A stretch of 64,000 nucleotides of DNA from Ylistrum balloti (taxonomy: Eukaryota): positions 124,001-188,000 of the forward strand of contig NW_026782178.1 of the NCBI RefSeq assembly GCF_031769215.1. The letters run 5' to 3'. This document shows positions 28,234 to 40,753 of this stretch, piece after piece. Under the pieces are notes generated by a model. The model was not told the origin of the DNA and ran no database searches. It worked only from the letters and a program-made list of their open reading frames with translations. Positions within the stretch are counted from its first letter, which is position 1; each line of letters begins with the position of its first letter. The position numbers and the translations under genes are program-made.

Positions 28234-30315
28234 ATGACAAAGCTTCAATTAGGGTTTGTATTGATTTTCCTGTTAACAGTTACGTCACCTGCATCGTCTA
28301 AGCCGAAGTGTTGTATGCTTAACCAATGGGAGGGGATGCTTTATTTCGAGATAGGTGCACTGGACAGAGGTAATGTCTCAGGATTACATAGTTCGGATAA
28401 GATAGATTTGTATATTACAAACGGAACTGTCAATGTGTCATATGATCAAGAAAATGGCAGGACATATTTCGGCTTCGACAGATACACGAGGTCTGTCCAA
28501 TCTCAACCAGAACGGTCACGTGGTAGCCTCATCTCCGATTACAAAAAGGTAAGCAAAACTTTACCGCTGATAAGATCAAATTTTGAGATACAGCACAACA
28601 CGAGTGGTTATTGGAGGTGATCAGAGCGTTTTGCACTGAATCGTGCACCCATTAAACCAGTGCAAGCAACATTGTTACACAGTATAACCTGTGTAACTAA
28701 GAGAAATCGGTATGAAAAGTGTCTATAAAATGATTTTTTTAAAAAAATAATTCAAACTTAAACATCTCACTTCAATAATGATATATCGCATTACCTGGGT
28801 TGATAAAAGAAATACCCATTTCAGAATTTAATTGATTAAGTTCGTGGTTTCACGTGATGATATCAATGCAGGTAACTATAATATGGTAATAATAGTACAT
28901 TATCATCCCAGCGAGATGTTCATTAAATAATTTGTCTTATGTGAGACACTGAGTCATAGAAAATTAACACATGGACGATTACAAACGCCTCGTTCTAAAT
29001 GTTTCATAATCACAAGTTAAACACCGTATTCTAATAGAACACGCGTATAGCACCTAAACAGCTCTGAATCATCAACAGTGTATGGATATTATTTTTCCAC
29101 TCAGGTTATATGGGTTACAATATACAATACAAAACACTTGAGTTCTTGTCTTCTTTGCAGGGGTTCCAGTATCTGGTTTACGAAAATAAGACGTGTGAGA
29201 AGTCCGCGTTAACTGACAACATGACTGTATATTGTGCTTCAGGTATTATTTAATATATATATATATATGCGACGTTTTTGTTTTCTTACCTGTTCCCCTT
29301 ATCAATCTGACAGTCATTGTTCATTCACAACTAACGATAACGCTAACCCTTTACCATATTGACCTTCTGTAAGATTAGGTACAGTATGACCCTCAAATGA
29401 AATTAACTTCATCATGCAGACGTTTTTAAACCTCGTCAGTGATGATAAATCCTTGCCAATACGTAAATTCTACTAAAGACAGTATATCTAAGGTACCCCT
29501 GTACGATTCATTTCAGATTTTCTTAAAAACGATAACTTTCCAGTCGGACGTATAGTAGGAGATACACCGGTAACTAATGTAGAAGTTCTTCCAGGTGATT
29601 TCTTCTCCAGTATTTATACAACAACATATAAAGGTAACAATTCGAACATTGGTATAGTAAAAGTATGATTTCCATCTGTGTGTCTGTCAGTAGAAGAATT
29701 AGAGGAGACATAATTAATTTCAAATAAAAAGATCTTGTACAGCCATAACACTACTGTTATGATATCTGTATCATACCATGGATATGTATGTCTGGAGTAT
29801 AAAGGATTCAATCATAACCCAGAAGTAAAAAGCTTTGACTGAAGGTCTACATGTACGGAAGTTTTCCTTATTTCCTTATACACATCAAACATAGCCATTT
29901 TAGATTTTCACTTTAAAATATACCGTTATAATCTATTACAGTTGGTTCACAATGTATGCCGCTTTATTTGGCCATCACTAACAACTGGCCAGGGACTAAC
30001 AGTGCTGGAGCAGGCGGCGCCGATATTCTTGATATCAAGCCGGACATCGCAGACCCTTCGATATTCACACCACCAACGTACTGTCCAAAACGAATCACCG
30101 AGGTTAGTACCAGGGAAAACAGTCATACCTTTTAATAGATCTTGTATACCCTGTTTTAGAATATTTTAGAAAGATGTAAAAGAAGTATAACTTTCATCTG
30201 GTAATTACGTTTTCTTGAAAAAGTTCTGGTTTTGATATAATAATCATAATTATATATATTTTTTCAGAGGTCCAAAGATCCAATGTTTCTCCGGCTTTCA
30301 AGTCTCTTCAATTAG
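28234..30315 (+). CDS. Ependymin-related protein (EPDR) paralog B; 240 aa, 5 exons
   Basis: Exons 28234-28548, 29161-29242, 29517-29633, 29942-30102, 30268-30315; same intron positions and phases as paralog A. Signal peptide, CCMLNQWEG, TCEK..YC, QCMP, IADPSIFTPPTYCP; several N-x-S/T sequons. Confidence 0.9.
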
Positions 30316-30570
30316 AACTGCAGATAAAATGACTACAAGAGATAATTCATATGGTCTTATTGATATGCACGTGGTGTAGACAAAATCAATTATAGACGAC
30401 ATTCTGAAAATTTTCATCAAAATCTTTCAAACATAGACCGGTATTTGGACTGGTTAAGGACTATATTTTGAAATATACTCACCAGAACTCTTGTTAACAT
30501 AACATAATAATACTCGAGTATTATACGAATTTAACATCATTCTTCAAACGATTTCTTTGTTGGGGATATG

Positions 30571-31108
30571 TTACACGTAAATATTTGCTGTAAAAGTAAC
30601 CAAATTGTATTTACTTTCAATGATACTTCTTTAGATATTACTACACATTCAACAGCCTCAACATTACTACATTGAGTTGCGCAATAAAGGTATATGGGTA
30701 AAATTTGGTCTTCTTCTACTTCCATATTCACTTTCATTGAAATTAAAATTTATTTTACTTCATACACCAGACCAGAGATCCATCTTGAGCTGTAACCTCA
30801 CATCTGCATCTGTGACCTCGCACGTCAAGCTCGACCTTAGACCTCACATCACTTGTTCAATAGACTATTAGTCACAAACCACATGTTCACCTTGAATTTT
30901 GTTCTTACATCACATTTTCAACTTGACCTGTGACCTCACATGTCACAAGGTCAACTTGAGCTGTGATATCCCATTACAATCTTACTTCACATCACATCAT
31001 ATCACATATTCAGCTTTATGGAAGACGTCTTATTTCATCTTCATTTTATGGTATATACTGATAAAGGGGACAAAGTTGGTAAATCGTCAATAGTTGAACA
31101 CAAATATA
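30571..31108. repeat. TGACCT-rich dispersed repeat (probable non-autonomous TE), copy 1
   Basis: Aligns by eye with 37509-38100 (e.g. ttacacgtaaatatttgctgtaaaagtaac / ttacacataaatatatgctataaaaagtaaac; accagagatccatcttgagctgta / accagagatctatcttgagctgta). Confidence 0.7.
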
Positions 31109-31339
31109 TCCTACCTTTGATCCAAGACATTACGTTACATTTCCACTATGACTTATGATATCACATTTCAAGAACGCCTTCAATATCTGCCTTGTTATGA
31201 TTTCCTTATGTTATTAAAAGAACGTCTAAAGTCAAATGAAATAAACTTTATAACCTTTATATTGACGACGTTGAGTTTTTGTGGAGATCTTTTATAGACT
31301 AATAGCATATCCATTAGAACTGAATGTTCCTCTTTGCTG

Positions 31340-32230
31340 AATTGTTTCCTGATGTTAAATCAAATCTTCAAGATTAACATGACATGTATGTTTGCCAACG
31401 AAGGAAAATCTGAAAACAAGAAATACGATGATAGATACTTCGGTATTACCACACTTAAAATTGCCTCTTAATGTTAAGGATTTGGACCTCTTCCGTTTGT
31501 ATTGGATTCCTAAACTTCACAGAATCTATCTAAACAACGTTTTATTGTTGGCTTGTCTAGCTGTTCAATCAAGTATGTGTTAAAATTACTAACCACCATT
31601 TTGAACATTATCAAATCCGAGTTATAGTCAAATTGTAATATTGTTTACTCAAGAATTGAAATTAATAGCATATGCATTTTAATGAACTCCAAAGAGTGCT
31701 TCAATACTTTCTTCAAATAACATTTCTTCTATAAAAACATTTGATTTCCAACTCTGTACACCACCTTACCCCATCCTAAACTAAACTGCAAGAACACAAT
31801 CGTTCTCTTGTTATGAGAACTTTCTTTTCCAAGAAAGATGAATAGTTGTACAAATATATGGCTGTGAACTATACCGAAGCGTATTTCGTGAAAATACGCC
31901 CAAATCAAGGAGATAATATACGGAGGGCGAAATAATAAAAATGATCGAGTTAATGGTTATAAAATTTTCGTCTACCTAAGTGGTAAGACCTTTCAACCGA
32001 CTATTGGCATACATATGGAAACTAACTGTGTCCCTCTGTTGGCAGACACATGAGGCAGAATTTATCGAAGACCTTGTATTGTATGACGTCCTTCAGCAGG
32101 ATGATTTGACGTGGTAATCACATTCACTGAAGTAGAAGATGCTTTTCCCTCGTTACATCGACATTAAAATTGAATATTGATTTTGTTAATGTCAATGTCT
32201 TCTCTTGTCTTTAACCATTTGAAAAGAACG
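31340..32230 (+). mobile_element. Decayed Penelope-like retroelement reverse transcriptase
   Basis: Ordered remnant motifs LYWIPKLH (31495-31520), NSK, KTFDF-TLYTTLPHPKL (31735-31785), IGI(H)M(E)TNC(V)PLLAD (32003-32048), RYID (~32150), broken by stops and frameshifts. Confidence 0.8.
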
Positions 32231-33069
32231 CATAGTTGCAAAAAGTCATGTGAATAATATTTCAAGTTGATTAGAAATTTACCTTTTTATCTAATCACAG
32301 GTAAGTGGCGGGTAGACTCTATCCTTGAGAGATTATCGCCATACTATCTGAATCTTTCTACCTAAGGATTTACTGACAGGTAGACATATCTACATACAAA
32401 TAAACAAAAACGTTTCAAAATGGCCAGGCTCCATTTAGGGTTGGTATTAATTTTCCTGTCATATGTCTCGTCTGAGCCGAAATGTTGTATGCTGAATCAG
32501 TGGGAGGGGATGCTTTACTTTGAGATAGGTGCAGTGGACAGAGGAAATGCCTCAGGATTACATACTTCGGATCAGATAGATTTGTATATCATAAACGGGA
32601 CTGTCAGCGTGTCATACGATGAAAACAATGGCCGAACATATCTCGGCTTCGACAGACACACGAGGTCTGCCCGATCTCCACCGGAACGTACACGCGGTAG
32701 CCTCATCTCAGATTATAGAAAGGTAAGCAAAAGGTACACATTTCTATCACTCAAAGGGTGAGTCAGATAAAACACTACATGAGTAGTACTTGATGGTGAG
32801 CAATTGGAGCGTCTGGCATAGAAGCGTGCAGACATACAACATAAATGCCCTTCTAACAAACTGTTATCAATCTTGTCATTATCATCAGCACATGTCCTTT
32901 TGCATATATATAATCTGAAGGAAGAGAACAAAACATTTCAATGGTATAATGTTCACAACTCCATGAAACTGTAATGAATCGATGAAGAAAAAAAATTCGT
33001 AGCTGAGCCGTTTGATATTATTTTTCAAAGTCAAATAAAAATTATGTATCCACAAAATTGTGTAAACAT

Positions 33070-33163
33070 GGGGGTCATGATACTTCGTGGGGTCATAATT
33101 CTTCGTGGGGGTCATCATACTTCGTGGGGTCATAATTCTTCGTGGAGGTCATCATACTTCGTG
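33070..33163. repeat. ~19-bp tandem repeat, ~5 copies, in EPDR-C intron 1
   Basis: Unit ggggtcat(a/c)at(t/a)cttcgt; ends ~20 nt before the exon 2 acceptor; absent from the matching intron of paralog B. Confidence 0.85.
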
Positions 33164-33789
33164 AGATGTTTTTGTTTACTTTGCAGGGGTTCCAGTACCT
33201 GGTTTATGAGAATAAGACGTGTGAGAAGTCCGCGTTAACTGACAACATGACTGTATATTGTGCTTAAGGTTTTCAGTTAATATATATTTACGATATTTTT
33301 GTTTTCTTACCTGTTCCCCTTATCAAACTGACAATCATTGTTCATTAACAACTAACAATAAAGCTAATCCTTTACCATGTTGACCTTCTTTAGGTATAGT
33401 ATAACCCTGCATTGAAATAAACTCCATCATGCATAGGTTTCGCCTTTTTTGGTCTCGTCGATGACTATTTATTGTCCTTCAGGTACTATTTGATATTACT
33501 TCACACCGTCTTTTTCCTTTTACCTATTCCTTTATTCACAGACACAGTAGTACCTAATAATGAAGTATCGATTTCAGATTTTCATACCAACGACAATTTT
33601 CCAGCCGGACGTATTGTCGGAGACATACCGGTAACCAATATGCAAGTTCTTCCAGGTTTTTACCTCTCCGACATTTATGCGACATCCTACAAAGGTAACG
33701 ATTCTAAAGTTAGTGTAAGAAAAGTATAGCTTCATTCTGTTTGTATCAGATGAGAAGGATAAGATGATAGATTTTTTCCGTGAAATCAT

Positions 33790-35400
33790 GGGATATTATA
33801 TCGTGGCACAGCGGTAGAAGCTACTAAAAAATACCATGTATTGAGGGAGTGCATAGACTGGGAGAAAGGCTAACTGAAATTATCGCTGAGATTTATTTTA
33901 AATTTATTCATTTAAAACACTGCCGCAAATGGCCGTTGGCTTGTCTTTAATAGAGGACACTCATTTTGTTGTAGAGAGTGCAACTGTTACCTTGCAACAA
34001 CAAATGCCCCGTTCTTTCCAATTCACACATTGTTCCGAATTTTCAAATAACAACAATGTATACACGTAGTTATATGGAAGATTGACGGTTCTGGACAAAA
34101 CCAGGGGTTCTTTGTCATGCAGTACCCATCTTACATTGGAGATAAGAATACAAGTGGTAAGTGTTTAGAACTTTTATCTGAACGGGTCCAATTTATCAAG
34201 GAGTAGCCGTTATGAACATTGGACAAGGGCTTCGTTTCGGCAAAAGACTATGGTCGATTTCTCCGCTTTTCCTTCACAGTTTACTGGATAGCCGTAATTA
34301 TAAGCTGGTATTGAAAGGGCCATGTATCTGCAAAGCTCTGAGCTTGCACGGGTTGAATCTGTGGACAACCCTGAAATAATTCACTTTCCTTTCCAACTGA
34401 CAGGCCATGCTGGTCCTACCACCTTGCATAGAGTCATTAATACAATGCTTATTATGCAGATTATCCCACTATAACGATAAACGAGTCCGCATTACGTTTA
34501 ACGATTAACAATGGACAGTGTGGCGAGGGGAGGTCTTTGAAATTCTGGTCTCATGATAGAAGGGTTGCGATTGTGTGAGGTGGAAGGAGTGAGGGAGTAT
34601 CAGTCTGCGGTTCTCTACCCATGTGTTGACCAACTCTGTCTACAAGATAATACATTGTAGTCAGAAAAGGAGTTAGACATTGTTGTCCTTTCGAGAAATA
34701 CAGCCCTGGCGGTGTCATCTTGAAATACCTGGCGTCCTGTAGAGATCAGTGATCCTGAATATATGCAGCAGGTGTCTGATGAAAGGATTCGTGGCCCGGG
34801 CGATGGTCGCCCTACAGCCTCAGTCACAAATGGTGTGATTGGGCCTTTGCGGAATGGCAACCTTCAATACAGTTCGCTTTTGGGTGGTTGGGTTCCTGAG
34901 ATGTTTGAGTGTCAATAGCTAATGGTTATCAGTCAACAAATACGAATGCCTGTAGCCAGGGCGTCCCAGTATCCATGATGATCTGTAGTTGTTGATGTAT
35001 GTTAGGAATATCTTGGCGACGAACTCGCATCTGTTGGATCTGGACAGACGTCGGGACTGTTGGTGTCAATGGTCACCTCCTGAATGACCTTGCTCTATGC
35101 TCGCTTCTATAATGCATTTGGTTCTGTTGGGAATAATTTCTGTGAGACAGATGTGGTACAGTGATAGAGGTGATGTCAGCATGAATGTGTGTTCGTCTGG
35201 ATAGTTGATGCAAGTAAAAGAGTCATGACAATGACTTTTGGACCTGTTGTTCGGTTCTTGTTACCATTTCCTTGGTTGCTCTTCGCCGGGCTCGGACAAT
35301 CGGTCCCATAATTGAGGTCCGACGCATGTGACTTGAGTGACAGAGCACTGGTCTTTTTTTAAACAGATCTATTTGCCATTTTGAAACGGAAAGGAGTGGT
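33790..35400. mobile_element. ~1.6 kb insertion of unclassified, decayed coding-like sequence in EPDR-C intron 3
   Basis: Intron 3 is 1851 bp versus 308 bp in paralog B. Weak similarity to B persists at both intron ends. The interior is visibly GC-richer with stop-interrupted minus-strand frames. Boundaries approximate. Confidence 0.5.
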
Positions 35401-36144
35401 GTGGATTATCACAATAACACTATGGATATCATATTCAGTGATATGTGGCAATATCACACAATATGTATACCTGGAGTTTGGTATAGAAGATTTTTAATCT
35501 GCACTTGAAACAGCCTTCTTTATCAAACAAACTTGACCATTACAGATGGCAGAAACTGTATGCCGATCTATTTCACCGTCACCAATATTTGGCCAAGGAT
35601 TAGCAGTGCTGGAGCAGGCGCCGCCGATGTTCTCGATATCAAGCCGGGCATCGCAGACCCTTCGATATTCACACCACCAACGTACTGTTTGAAACAAACC
35701 ATCGAGGTTAGTACCAGGGAAAACACTAACCACATTATACATTGTAACATATCGTTATAGAACATATTATGACCTTGCGATATATTACTAGTTATTATTT
35801 CATTATAATAAAATGTTACCTCTATTTTTCAGAAGTCCAAGGATCCAATGTTTCTCTGGCTAGCAAGTTTCTTCAATTAGGAGAAGACACTTTGATGTGA
35901 TGGCGAGTGTAGGAACAATTGTTATAAGATATGTTTCATACAATTATTATGTTTTATTAATACGTAGTTGATTTGTTTAAGAAAGAACGTTAACATTAAT
36001 TGCAAAAGTAAACCCCACGCAAAATCAGTTCGGTATGATCTGTCATCAACAAAACCTGTTCCTCTTATGAAACAATTTGTGCATTTTCACAAAACAACAT
36101 CATTGATGAGTCCTTGAGGGACGACTCGACTGTATGATACTGTT

Positions 36145-36292
36145 AACTCATCGTTTGGTTCTACTTGATCTCATCGTATTGAAATACTTGATTTCATCGT
36201 TTTGAAATACTTGGTCTCATTGTAACTCATCGTTTTGAAATACTTGATCTCATTGTAACTCATCGTTTGGCTCTACTTGATCTTATTGTAAA
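36145..36292. repeat. Imperfect short tandem repeat (ctcatcgtt(t)tgaaatacttgat / ctcattgtaa modules)
   Basis: Repeated modules visible directly, 21-33 bp spacing. Confidence 0.7.
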
Positions 36293-37508
36293 TTCGTGTT
36301 AAAAAGCGTTATCCACTTGTGTCTTTTGTACAATCTTCAACACTGACAATGTTGGACTATTGAAGACGAGCTCTGACGAACTAGATATTAAAACGTGAGA
36401 ACTAAAATTTATTCATGTTTCTAAATGGGCACGTGGCATCAGCATATTCTCCCAGACGTCAATGACTTTGGTACAAAAGTCGCATTACAAATAAACACAC
36501 AAAATGTACCCCACGCGGTCTCACATAAAATCATATCATAAAGTGAATTCTGAGTCAAAAAGGTTGTACTACAATATCATCTACTTAATTGTCGGCACCA
36601 CTTCAGAAAACTTTAAAGCCATTTTTTTTAGCCTTTTGTGTGATGGTATTTATTGTAAAACATTTAACTAGACCCATAACCTGACTAAAATGTATTTTGT
36701 TATTTTCACATACAACTCAAATCTTAATTTGTCAGAAGATTTTCAAAACACTTTTATTTTAATTCCCCCAGACAGAAAACAATTACATGGCGTCATACCT
36801 TTTAGTACAAATACATTCTTTTATGATAAGAACATTTCACATCAATGGTTAGATACTTGATACCTAAATTGTCATCCTCTCCAGTTACAACCCACAGGTG
36901 AGTAGAATAGATTCTTCCACACTCGGAATGAAAACAGCTTCAAAAGTCCAACATGATGCTTTGCTGAGTAAGAAACCTTATCTAGTGGGTTGATGTATTC
37001 CCTGTCATTAAACAAACACTGCAAGCTGGTGGAATGTGCACAGAAATGAATGACATTTTCTTATTGTGCCTCTATTCGAATCGCAAGTGGTGAAAACAAG
37101 AAGTGAGTAATGAAAAAAAAAGGAAATTTACACCGTGAAATATAGAGAAAAGGGAAAAAGTTATTAAAAGATAGTAAACACATGTGTTCCACATTAGAGA
37201 TATTTATCTTACATAGGCAGTGTTGGGATATACAAATCGTCCAATATCGTAAATCGTCCCAAAATGGAGGGGCAACTCCAACAAAATAATAACGACAATT
37301 TTCAAACGACTTTTATTCATATAGTTTCAAACAAAGGCAGGTGTTTGGACTGGTTTAGGACTTGTACCGTAACTTTCAATATACCAGAAGTCTTGATAAT
37401 GCTACACAACAATACCTCAGTAAAAACACTTGAACATATATCTACAATAACCTAAGTGCATGAATTAACCTCCCAGTGATTTCTCTGTAGATCTGTTAAT
37501 CACCTACT

Positions 37509-38100
37509 TACACATAAATATATGCTATAAAAAGTAAACAAATTATTTTTTCTTTCAATCTCAGTCTAAGTGATACTTTCTTAAATACTACCTCACATTT
37601 AACAACTTCAGCATCTCTACATTCAGATACACAATAAATATAAGGTATATCGGCACATCCAACTCTTCTTACACGTACATTTTCACTTTCAAATTTATTT
37701 AACATTATCAATCACACCAGAGATCTATCTTGAGCTGTAGAACCTCATATCATTTGTTCATCTTGATCTGTAACCTTGTATGCCATAGATCGAGCATGAC
37801 CTTTGACCTCACATCACTTGTTCACTTGTTCACTTTGACTAGTGTTCTCTAATTACATGTTCACTTTGACCTCTGGCCTTACATCACATGTTCACCTTTA
37901 CCTGTGACCTCATATGTCACATGGTCAACTTGAGCAATGATGTTCAACTACAAGTTCACAATGACTTGCAACCTTACATCTCATTTCTAGCTTCATGGAA
38001 GATGTCAAATTCACCTTAGCAAATTTGGTATTCAATTTTCATACAATATTTTGATCAAGAGGACACTTTGCAAAATGTCAATTGCTAAACACAAATACAT
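37509..38100. repeat. TGACCT-rich dispersed repeat, copy 2
   Basis: Same orientation and motif order as 30571-31108; tgacct-rich sequence continues to ~38230. Confidence 0.7.
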
Positions 38101-39289
38101 GTTCACCATGACTGGTGATCTTACAATGTTCAACATCATCTGTGATCCATGTATCACATTCATGTCCAAGCTTAATGACCTATGACCTTGTGTCACATGT
38201 TCAATTTGACCTATGACCTTACATTACATGTCTTCACTGCTAACATACAACCATCTCATTACTTTCAGGAATGCCAAACTATTGATATGATATCATAATA
38301 CTAATATATTTTGCCAATCCTTTGATTTCTGGGCATTTTATGAATTAAGGTAAATTACTTTAAATGTATACAATGTACTAAATATGGCCACAGTAGTAAT
38401 TTTACATACACAATACCATGAAAATATTCTACCTAATTATACCAGCAATAAATATATGATGTTATTTGAAGTGTAATAACATAGATTTTAGCACTAAATT
38501 TCCTAATTCTGTTTATAAATAGATTCAAACTGTGGACATGATACTGTAGTTTACCACCTGGAAGTCTTCACACATTTGACAGTAGTTATGTTTCACACAT
38601 CAGGTCTAAGTCATGCATATTCCATGAATCTGAAATGTGTTGGGATATTATCAGATAAACATGAACCAAATCTGTTGAGTGATTCTCAAGATATGACACT
38701 GTTTCGGAATAGGCTGGGATGCAATGGACGGAAATGGGTAACACTACATGACCCCCTCCCCTGAAATGACAAGGGCATAATAAAACCAAAAACAACAGAT
38801 CTGTAGTTATAAACAGGCGTGGAAGGTACCAATAAAAAATCCTTGTAAATCAACATGATAAAACTGAAACAAACAAACTGGCCTTTACCAGATGATACAG
38901 CTTATGGTACAATTGTCACTTAGCAATCGGGTGACATTACAAATCCATATCTATAATACTGCATTGACATCTTAACCTATACTAGTGAAGGTCAGCTTAC
39001 AATATATACAACATACTTCTGTTCAATATACAACAGTTCTATTATAATAACATTAATGCTCTTTCCATATGATTTATTGCTATAAAACAATGTAATATAA
39101 ATGCCTGTGTATGAAAGACACTTATGCAGAAAAAATCTGGCTAGTAGTTTTAGATATATCTTCTGATGACAACATAGAACAGCTGGTTGGTCTTACGCAC
39201 AAAAAAACATTCTAGTAAGTACACCAGTACAAAAAAAACCAAAAACAAACTGAGCAAATTTACATAGTAAATCTGGATAGTATGGGCAC

Positions 39290-40753
39290 ATCTACACAGA
39301 AAGCCTTGCTAGTCAGCATACCTCTACACAGAAAGCCTGGCTTGTCAGGATATCTCTACACAGAAAGCCTGGCTAGTCAGGATATCTCTACACAGAAAGC
39401 CTGGCTAGTAAGGATATCTCTACACAGAAACCCTGGCTAGTCAGGATACCTCTACACAGAAAGCCTGGCTAGTCAGGATACCTCTACACAGAAAACCTGG
39501 CTAGTCAGGATATCTCTTCACAGAAAGCCTGGCTAGTCAGGATATCTCTACATAGAAACCCTGGCTAGTCAGGATACCTCTACACAGAAAGCCTGGCTAG
39601 TAAGGATATCTCTACACAGAAAGCCTGGCTAGTCAGGATATCTCTACATAGAAAGCCTGGCTAGTCAGGATACCTCTACACAGAAAGCCTGGCTAGTCAG
39701 GATACCTCCACACAGAAAACCTGCTAGTCAGGATACCCTTTACACAGAAAGCCTGGCTAGTAAGGATACCTCTACACAGAAAGCCTGGCTAGTAAGGATA
39801 TCTCTACACAGAAAGCCTGGCTAGTCAGGATATCTGTACACAGAAAGCCTGGCTAGTCAGGATATCTCTACACAGATAACTTGGCTGGTAAGGGCAATGG
39901 TGTACAGAAATGATGTCTAGTAAGGCCACTTCTACACAGATAACTTGGCTGGTAAGGGCACTGGTGTACAGAAATGATGCCTGGTAAGGCCACCACTACA
40001 CAGATAACTTGGATGGTAAGGGCACTAGTATACAGAAATCATGTCTAGTAAGGCCACTTCTACACAGATAACTTGGCTGGTAAGGGCACTGGTGTACAGA
40101 AATGATGTCTAGTAAGGCCACTTCTACACAGATAACTTGGCTGGTAAGGGCACTGGTGTACAGAAATGATGCCTGGTAAGGCCACCACTACACAGATAAC
40201 TTGGATGGTAAGGGCACCTCTACACAGATAACTTGGCTGGTAAAGGCACTAGTATACATAAATGATGCCTAGTAAGGCCACCACTACACAGATAACTTGG
40301 ATGGTAGGGGCACTGGTTTACAGAAATCATGTCTAATAAGGAAGACTGACTTGTAAGGACACATGAACAAAAAAGTCAATATTTCTTACAATGAGAGCAA
40401 TGCATTAAAGGGACTAGTAAGGCCACCACTACACAGGTAACTTGGCTGGTATGGGCACTGGTATACAGAAATGATGCCCAGTAAGGCCACCACTACACAG
40501 GTAACTTGGATGGTACGGGCACTGGTATACAGAAATGATGCCTGGTAAGGCCACCTCTACACAGATAACTTGGATGGTAAGGGCACTGGTGTACAGAAAT
40601 GATGCCCAGTAAGGCCACCACTACACAGATAACTTGGCTGGTAAGGGCACTGGTGTACAGAAATCATGTCTAGTAAGGAAGACTGACTTGTAAGGACACA
40701 TGAACAAAAAAGTCAATATTTCTTACAATGAGAGCAATGCATTAAAGGGACTA
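39290..40753. repeat. Satellite array: ~18 x 32-bp monomers, then 64-bp dimeric units with a duplicated 76-bp spacer
   Basis: 39290-39866 unit ctctacacagaaagcctggctagtcaggatat. 39867-40680 unit tctacacagataacttggctggtaagggcact+ggtgtacagaaatgatgtctagtaaggccact. Identical spacer at 40341-40416 and 40678-40753. Confidence 0.95.

Larger units (their letters stand above)
32420..35880 (+). pseudogene. Ependymin-related protein (EPDR) paralog C with a premature stop in exon 2 (pseudogene or null allele)
   Basis: Exons 32420-32722, 33187-33268, 33578-33694, 35546-35706, 35833-35880 are collinear with paralog B with intact GT/AG. Codon TCA of B is TAA at 33265-33267. All other exons are open. Confidence 0.82.
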
